Source: Candidatus Versatilivorator sp. (lineage in GTDB: Bacteria; Acidobacteriota; Terriglobia; Versatilivoradales; Versatilivoraceae). Taken from it: a stretch of 64,000 nucleotides of DNA. The stretch lies in contig OZ242296.1 of assembly GCA_965207735.1 (NCBI GenBank), positions 1,760,001-1,824,000 of the forward strand, given 5' to 3'. Shown here in pieces: positions 57,955-64,000 of the stretch. A model generated the notes under the pieces. That model was not told where the DNA came from and searched no databases. It was given only the letters and a program-made list of their open reading frames with translations. Made by a program: the position numbers and the translations under genes. Numbering within the stretch: the first letter of the stretch is position 1; each line of letters opens with the position of its first letter.

Positions 57955-58899
57955 TCAGCGCACGAACCAGCGGGCCGCGCAGCGCACCTGGCTCTTTTGA
58001 AACTGGAGGGTGTAGGGATTGACCAGCCAGCGGGCCAGGTAGCCGTCGGTGCGGGCCAGCACCCAGCCGAAATCCCAGCCCTTGCTCCGGTATCGGATCG
58101 GAATGGAGGGCTTGACCCGGACCACGGGTTGGGCCGCCCCCCACAGCCGCTTCTGCTCGGTATAGTAGTAATTGGGGCCCACGTGAACGAATACCTCGTG
58201 GGCCATGGCCTTTGCCGGGTCATCGGCCAGGTCGGCGCACAGACCCCGAAGCGCCACCTTGACATCCCGGCCGCGGGCGCATTCCCTGGCCAGATCCTCT
58301 ACAGAACCGGACACAACCGTGCCGTCCTCGGTGTGAGAGAGGACCTCTTCCCAGACGTCCAGCACATGGAAGCCGTAGGACTCGAAGTCATAGACAAAGT
58401 TCTGGCTGGGGGCGTTGGTGCCCGCATCCCAGTCGTCGATGCGGTGGGTGTTGGGATCGGAACCCTGATCGTACGGCGGTGAGGACCCCGGCAGGCCTTC
58501 GTCGGGCTTGCCGTCCAGGTAGGGCCGGGCGATGGCCTGAAGGCCGTTCTGGTTGTACATGAAGAACGACATGGAGGCCCTGGGTCCAAAGCCGTCCTCC
58601 ACCAGTCCCACCGGCTGCCTGAGATTCATGATTCCGGCCGTCCAGCGATCTTCCAGCAGATAGGTCACCCGAAAGTCGGAGACTTCCTGAACCAGTTCGG
58701 GATTGTCGGAGTCCCGGTCCACGTGCTCGTTGTGCCGGAACTCGGTATAGATTCTGAGATCGGCGCCCCGCCGGATGGCGTCAGCCAAGGCTTTCTCGCT
58801 GCCCGCCACCGGCTGGCGCTGCTTGTCCAGGGAGAGAGCCAGTCTCCAGCGGTTGCCTTCCGGCGGCGACTGCTCCCTTGAATCGGTATTCTCGACCAT
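57955..58899 (-). CDS. Hypothetical protein with an internally duplicated domain
   Basis: WRLALSLD..AGSEKALADAIRRGADLRI and WEEVLSHT..SGSVEDLARECARGRDVKV; start at ATG 58899. Confidence 0.75.
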   Translation of the reverse strand: MVENTDSREQSPPEGNRWRLALSLDKQRQPVAGSEKALADAIRRGADLRIYTEFRHNEHVDRDSDNPELVQEVSDFRVTYLLEDRWTAGIMNLRQPVGLVEDGFGPRASMSFFMYNQNGLQAIARPYLDGKPDEGLPGSSPPYDQGSDPNTHRIDDWDAGTNAPSQNFVYDFESYGFHVLDVWEEVLSHTEDGTVVSGSVEDLARECARGRDVKVALRGLCADLADDPAKAMAHEVFVHVGPNYYYTEQKRLWGAAQPVVRVKPSIPIRYRSKGWDFGWVLARTDGYLARWLVNPYTLQFQKSQVRCAARWFVR

Positions 58900-58979
58900 G
58901 GGTCTTGACCTTTCCTGTTTTGAAGAATGGTTGGTGTCGATGACGGCCAGTTTCAGGAAGTAACCTCCCCCTACTGAAT

Positions 58980-60557
58980 TCACTCCCGGTGCCTCAGGGG
59001 ACGACCGGGAAACCGGTCCAGCAGCTTCCCCTCCCGCAGCGCCCACTCGCCGTTCACCAGAAGGTGGTGAATGCCTCGGGGGGTATGGCGAGGGTCCATG
59101 TAGTCGGCACGGGTGCCGATCCGATCCGCATCGAATACCGTCACGTCGGCCCAGCATCCGGGGGCCAGCAACCCTCGCCGTTCCAGCTTGAATCGGCGGG
59201 CCGGCAGCGCCGTCGATTTGCGCACCGCCTCTTCGACCGTGAACCAGCCTTTCTCGCGAACGAATTCTCCAAACAGGGTCGGATAGGTTCCAAAAGTCCG
59301 AGGATGGGGATTCCCCTCGGTGTAGACGCCGTCGGTGATGATGGAGGTCAGCGGGTGACTCAACACCTTGCGTAGATTTTCTTCCGACTGGTTGAAGGAA
59401 ACTATCATCAGGGAGGCCCGGGTCTCCTGCAGCAGATCCAGGGCTGTTTCCACTCCGGAACGGAGGCGTTCCTCGGCCACCTGTTGAATGGTCCTGCCGA
59501 CGAGGGCCTGGTGGATCGTCGCCCGCGCCGATGCGATCCATTGGTGGCCCCCCTCCCGGACCGATGCAATCAACAGGTTCTCCCAGCCGTTGCCCAGGTT
59601 GGCCTCGGTCTCATCCGCGATCCTGGCCCGAGTGTCCTTGTCGGACAGCCGCTCCAGCAAGCGCTCGGTTCCCCCCTCCAGGGCCCAGCTCGGCAGAACC
59701 TGAGTCAAATGGCAGGATCCCGCCAGATAGGGATAGGCATCGATCCCCACGTCCACACCGTCCCCCAGGGCCTGATCCACCAGGTGCAGCACCGCATCCA
59801 TCTTTTCCCAGTTCTTTCGGCCCACCGTCTGCAGGTGGGAAAGCTGAACCGAGACCCCGGTCTCCCGTCCCAGGTTGAGGGCCTCCTCCACGGCCTCCAG
59901 GATGTGAAACTTGTAGTCCCGTAGATGAGTGGTGTAGAAGGCGCCGTATCCGTGAACGACCTTGCAGAGACGGACCAGTTCGGCGAAATCCCCGTAGCTG
60001 CTGGGGGCTTCGTTCAAGCCGGTGGAGAACCCGATCGATCCCTGCTCCAGGCAGGAGGACAACCTCCGCTCCATCCGGCGCCACTCCGCCGAATCCAGCC
60101 CGGCCGCCTTGATCCCGCAGACGTTGGCCCTGAGAGTGGCGTGGCCGGTGAGAGCCGCCACGTTGGTGCGGCTGCCGGTCTTCTGCAGGTCATCGAAGTA
60201 GGCGGCCGCATCGGTCCAGGCCCGCGAACCCCTCCTGTCGAACAGGTCGAAACTGGGAACCAGCTTCTCCGAGGGCAACTTGGGAAAGAGGGAAAACCCG
60301 CAATTGCCGACGACTTCGCTGGTAACCCCTTGCAGGACCTTCTCTGGGCGGTGTTCCAGCACCTCCAGGTCGCTGTGGCTGTGTACGTCGATGAAACCGG
60401 GCGTGACCGTGAGCCCGGAGCAGTCCACCACCTCCATGTCCGGCCCGGCGGTGACCGCGCCCACCTCCCGGATTCGGCCGCCTTGGATCAGGACCGACGC
60501 CTCCCTGCCGGGGCTGCCGCTGCCATCCACCACCCTTCCGTTGGACAAGAGAATCAT
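58980..60557 (-). CDS. D-aminoacylase / N-acyl-D-amino acid deacylase
   Basis: PGFIDVHSHSD; VVGNCG; HLRD; DAYPY; HPRTFGTYP; ADVTVFD. Confidence 0.92.
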   Translation of the reverse strand: MILLSNGRVVDGSGSPGREASVLIQGGRIREVGAVTAGPDMEVVDCSGLTVTPGFIDVHSHSDLEVLEHRPEKVLQGVTSEVVGNCGFSLFPKLPSEKLVPSFDLFDRRGSRAWTDAAAYFDDLQKTGSRTNVAALTGHATLRANVCGIKAAGLDSAEWRRMERRLSSCLEQGSIGFSTGLNEAPSSYGDFAELVRLCKVVHGYGAFYTTHLRDYKFHILEAVEEALNLGRETGVSVQLSHLQTVGRKNWEKMDAVLHLVDQALGDGVDVGIDAYPYLAGSCHLTQVLPSWALEGGTERLLERLSDKDTRARIADETEANLGNGWENLLIASVREGGHQWIASARATIHQALVGRTIQQVAEERLRSGVETALDLLQETRASLMIVSFNQSEENLRKVLSHPLTSIITDGVYTEGNPHPRTFGTYPTLFGEFVREKGWFTVEEAVRKSTALPARRFKLERRGLLAPGCWADVTVFDADRIGTRADYMDPRHTPRGIHHLLVNGEWALREGKLLDRFPGRPLRHRE

Positions 60558-60570
60558 CGGGGTCTCCTCC

Positions 60571-61539
60571 TCAGCGCTTGAAGAAGAAATTCTCGGCCGT
60601 CTTCACCAGTATCTGGTCCTTGTCGCTTTCGCTCAGGAAGTCGGCGTGATCCTGAATCAGGGCCACCGCGGCCCCAAAGGTGTTTGGGGGCTCGAGCGCC
60701 TGAAGGGGACAGTCGCTTTCCCACATGCAGCGTTCGGGACCGAAGGCCTCCACCACCCGGCGGATGAGCGGAAGCTGTTCCAGGTAAGGAGGCTTCTTGG
60801 CCCCCAGCGCATAGAAGGCACCGACCTTCACCATCACGGCAGGGTGCTTGGCCATGGCGCACAGGGCGGTAATCTCTTCTTCGGGGAAAGTCCCCCGCCT
60901 TCCGATCAGACAGAGGTGATCGATGATGACCGGGGTCTGCGGATGGCGCCGGCACATGCGGTCCAACTCGGGCAGGTCGGGAGGCGACATCAGGAAGCTG
61001 AGGGCCAGGCGGTGGTCGGCCGCGGCCTGGAACATCCTCTCGTACCCCTCATGGTCGAGCCAGCGCGGCCCGTCACCCAGGCGCGGCCGGGTGCTTTTTC
61101 CCCGAATGCGGAAGGCCAGGATGCCTCCCCGGGCCAGGGACACCATGGTCCTGTCGGGTCGGGCCAGACTGACATCGGTCACCGCCGGGACGATCCCCGT
61201 CCCCACGAAGTTCTCGGGCTGGGCGGCGATGATGTCCAGAATATAGCTGTGGTCCAACCCGTACCAGGTCATCTGGATCAAGTTGGTGCGACGGACCCCC
61301 TGGGGCCGGCTGTGGCGGGCCAGGTCCTCCGGAGTAAAGCTGGGAAACCAGAAGTCCTTCTTGCTGAAGCCCGGCGCCAGGGGATATTTCTCGGTATCCG
61401 GAGTCCACACGTGGACGTGGGCGTCCACGATATCGGTCCGCTTGCCTGGAGCGGCAGCCGCGGGCGTTGGCCTGCCGGCCGCCAGCAACGCCAGGCCGGC
61501 GCCCGATACCAGCAATTCTCTACGGGTGATTTCTTTCAT
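60571..61539 (-). CDS. Amidohydrolase family 2 protein, Tat signal
   Basis: TRRELL; VDAHVHVW; IIDHL; FGPERCMWESDCP. Confidence 0.9.
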   Translation of the reverse strand: MKEITRRELLVSGAGLALLAAGRPTPAAAAPGKRTDIVDAHVHVWTPDTEKYPLAPGFSKKDFWFPSFTPEDLARHSRPQGVRRTNLIQMTWYGLDHSYILDIIAAQPENFVGTGIVPAVTDVSLARPDRTMVSLARGGILAFRIRGKSTRPRLGDGPRWLDHEGYERMFQAAADHRLALSFLMSPPDLPELDRMCRRHPQTPVIIDHLCLIGRRGTFPEEEITALCAMAKHPAVMVKVGAFYALGAKKPPYLEQLPLIRRVVEAFGPERCMWESDCPLQALEPPNTFGAAVALIQDHADFLSESDKDQILVKTAENFFFKR

Positions 61540-61619
61540 CGTGACCTCATGGTTTGGCAGGACTGTCTTTATCTGAACCCGGAGTCCAGGAGACCGAGAC
61601 CGGTCCGCAGCAAGGCAGG

Positions 61620-62759
61620 CTACCCCTTCTTTGCCGCCTTTGTCACGGCCTCGGTGTAGGCAGCGCCAGCGGCATTCAGGCTCCGGAGGGCTTCCTCGGG
61701 CAGGGTGATCCGGGTTCCCGCGAAATTGTCGGAAACGTGCTCCGGCTTCTCGGCTCCGGCCAGCACGCTGGTGACCTCGGGATGGCTCAAAACCCAGGCC
61801 ACGCACACCTGGGGTCGGGTGACCCCCAATTCATTGGCGACCGCGTCCAGCGCCTCTATGGGACCCTGCAACGGGGATCCCTCCGGGACTTCCCGGCCCG
61901 GGGCCAAGCGTCCTTCCCCCAGGGGGCTGAAGGTCAACAGGCCCAGGTTGCCCCGGCGAATCAGGGGAAACAGCTCCTGCGCCATGAAGTCCTTTCGCTC
62001 GGCGGCTACCAGGTTGTAGTAGTCCTCCAGCCCGGCAATGGGGCTCTTGCCCTCCCGCTTCCCCAACTCGATCAATTCCCCCACCTGACGGGCCAGGTGG
62101 TTTGAAACCCCCCAGTAGCGGATCTTGCCGGCTTTGACCAGTTCGTCCAGGCTGTCGGCGAGCTGCTCCATGTGCTCGGCTGTCGGGACATCGGCCGGAG
62201 GAGAATCCGCATCTTCCCTCGGCGTCCGCTCATCAGGTGAATGCAACAGGTATAGATCGATGTAATCCGTCCCCAGGCGCTTGAGGCTCCCCTCCGCTTT
62301 ACGGAACAAAACGTCGCGAGTAAAGACCAGCCTTTCCGATTCGGGGCCATCCACGGGCGCAGCCTTGGTGCAGACAACCACCTGGTCTCGCCTTCCGGCC
62401 ATGGCTTTGCCCAGAACCGTTTCAGAACCGCCCCAACCGTAGGCCTCGGAGGAGTCGAAGAAGTTGACGCCGATGTCGATGCAATGGCGCAGGATGCTCA
62501 GCCCCTCCGGATCATCGGCCTTTCGGCTTACCTTGCGAAAGGCGGTTCCCTGGCACAACCTGGACACGTAGAGATCGGTGTGCCCGAACCTCACCAGGTG
62601 GGAGGGCCGCTCAACCGCCGGCTCTTGGGGCGGAGCCGACTCGCACCCGGACAGATTGCCCAGCAACACCCCTCCGGCGGCCGTGCCACAGGTTTTCAGA
62701 AAGTCACGGCGATCCAGGAAAGAGGAGGCAAACGGCGAGAACCGGGAAATGACCGGCAT
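61620..62759 (-). CDS. Aldo/keto reductase, Tat(-lipoprotein) signal
   Basis: DRRDFLK..LSGC; FFDSSEAYG; SLKRLGTDYIDLYLLH; GKIRYWGVSN; SPLGEG. Confidence 0.92.
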   Translation of the reverse strand: MPVISRFSPFASSFLDRRDFLKTCGTAAGGVLLGNLSGCESAPPQEPAVERPSHLVRFGHTDLYVSRLCQGTAFRKVSRKADDPEGLSILRHCIDIGVNFFDSSEAYGWGGSETVLGKAMAGRRDQVVVCTKAAPVDGPESERLVFTRDVLFRKAEGSLKRLGTDYIDLYLLHSPDERTPREDADSPPADVPTAEHMEQLADSLDELVKAGKIRYWGVSNHLARQVGELIELGKREGKSPIAGLEDYYNLVAAERKDFMAQELFPLIRRGNLGLLTFSPLGEGRLAPGREVPEGSPLQGPIEALDAVANELGVTRPQVCVAWVLSHPEVTSVLAGAEKPEHVSDNFAGTRITLPEEALRSLNAAGAAYTEAVTKAAKKG

Positions 62760-62969
62760 GGCATGATCCTTTCGTCTCTTGGCTGCTGCCGCCCGGGAAG
62801 GAAGTCTGGCGGGAGCGGGAGCGCGGTTGGCTTCAAGTCGCTGCTCCTGAGGGAAGACACTCAAGAGTGAGCGCTATTCTCTACCGGCGTCTAAGGCGGG
62901 TCAAGTATGAACGGTCAGTGTAAAGGGTCAGGTCGGGACCCGGAAAGGAGGCAACGCTGCAAAACCACA

Positions 62970-63272
62970 AGGGGGAAAAGAGTTATCCACGAAGTTTCAC
63001 GAAGGGCCACCAAGGGGTTGCAGAAGAATCAAGAGCGATCCGCCAAGGGTTGGAAAGGGCCACCAAGCGAGACGGACTTGCTTCAATGGCACGCACAGCC
63101 GTTCAATGGACAATTAACATCGATGCACAGGATCCACAGGATTTTTTCGGGAAACGGCTGGCTTGCAATCCCGGGCATCCGCAAATCCGCACGGGATCAT
63201 CGCCCGAGCCGGCTTCTGGTGCAGGAAGCTCTCGTCCTTTTTATCCTGTGCATCCTGTGCATCCATGTTTAT
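62970..63272 (+). repeat. Composite repeat: A-type end + complete module B (63113-63272)
   Basis: gaaaagagttatccacgaag..; attaacatcgatgcacaggat..atcctgtgcatcctgtgcatccatgtttat. Confidence 0.9.
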
Positions 63273-63361
63273 AAAAAAAGATATCGGTCCCCGGAGGCAT
63301 ACCCTCCCGCCCATCCACGGTCCCGATACCACCAACCGGTGTTAGCCCCGCCCCCGAGCAC

Positions 63362-63398
63362 AAAAAAAGGCAGTCAGGGCGTTGGCCCTGACTGCCTT
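63362..63398 (-). terminator. Rho-independent terminator
   Basis: aaggcagtcagggc-gttg-gccctgactgcctt hairpin followed by a T run on the minus strand, just after the receptor stop. Confidence 0.9.
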
Positions 63399-63422
63399 GG
63401 GTCCTTCGAAAACGCCTGGGAT

Positions 63423-64000
63423 CTAGAAGCCGATGCGAGCGCGTAAAGTGATCGTGCGGCTCCCTCCTCCGCTGCGAACGATGCCAAAGTTCGGATCGGC
63501 GACATTGGTACTGGCCCCGCTGGAATTGGCGTGGTTCAACAGGTTGCGGACGTAGGCTTCGAGCTTGAAGTAGGGACTCTGCTCCAGGGAGGGAATCAGC
63601 TTCCACTCCTTGAAGATGTTGAGGTTGAGGTCCCACCGGTTGGGATGTCTCAGGGCTCCACGAGGAGCTGTCCCGTAGCGGCTCTCGGGCGGCAGCTCAA
63701 AGCAACCCCGATTCCAGAGCTGCCCTCTCCCCTCGAAGCCGGTGTCGTTGGGATCGCAGCCTCCCACCAGGTCGGGCCGGGCGCCGTCCCCACGGAGCTT
63801 GAGGGCGGGATGGTCTCCGCCGCTGAAGGTTGGAATAAACCTGCCGCGTCCACCGGTTCTGAATTCAGGGACAAACGTCCAGTCACCGATCAGGTGATGG
63901 AGCCAGGTCGAGGCGCCGGAAGCGAACTGCTGTCCCTTTCCAAACGGCATCGGCACCACCGCCACCCAGCGGGAGGCAAGATCGGGGACGCCCGCCTGCC
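63423..64000 (-). CDS. C-terminal part of an Oar-like TonB-dependent receptor (truncated by window edge)
   Basis: ARPDLVG; YGTAPRGAL; KLEAYVRNLLNHAN; NFG..SRTITLRARIGF. Confidence 0.85.
   Translation of the reverse strand, partial: QAGVPDLASRWVAVVPMPFGKGQQFASGASTWLHHLIGDWTFVPEFRTGGRGRFIPTFSGGDHPALKLRGDGARPDLVGGCDPNDTGFEGRGQLWNRGCFELPPESRYGTAPRGALRHPNRWDLNLNIFKEWKLIPSLEQSPYFKLEAYVRNLLNHANSSGASTNVADPNFGIVRSGGGSRTITLRARIGF

Overview
GC-rich bacterial window, probably Acidobacteriota or a PVC-like genome (inferred from three PSD1/cytochrome c + DUF1501 pairs and an Oar-type TonB receptor end). It holds about 40 CDSs, mostly catabolic or periplasmic enzymes, plus recD2, two vapBC pairs and one intact 1487-bp IS (19-bp TIRs, GATT target duplication). 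No rRNA, tRNA or CRISPR array was seen. The most unusual content is non-coding: about 14 intergenic loci carry repeats, most built from a shared kit of modules. The scaffold is a ~182-bp unit ('A') that tandemises head-to-tail through a TCAGRCAAG core. A ~150-160-bp inverted-repeat element ('B') appears to be an internally deleted GxxExxY (PD-(D/E)XK nuclease) cassette; a longer relic at 33655-33897 still encodes a GxxExxY-like N-terminus. Several conserved passenger segments complete the kit. These mosaics sit at operon boundaries, sometimes overlap stop codons, and bracket gene blocks. This suggests an undescribed modular non-autonomous mobile element or cassette system whose mobilising enzyme is not in this window. 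All protein calls are motif-based; no database searches were run.
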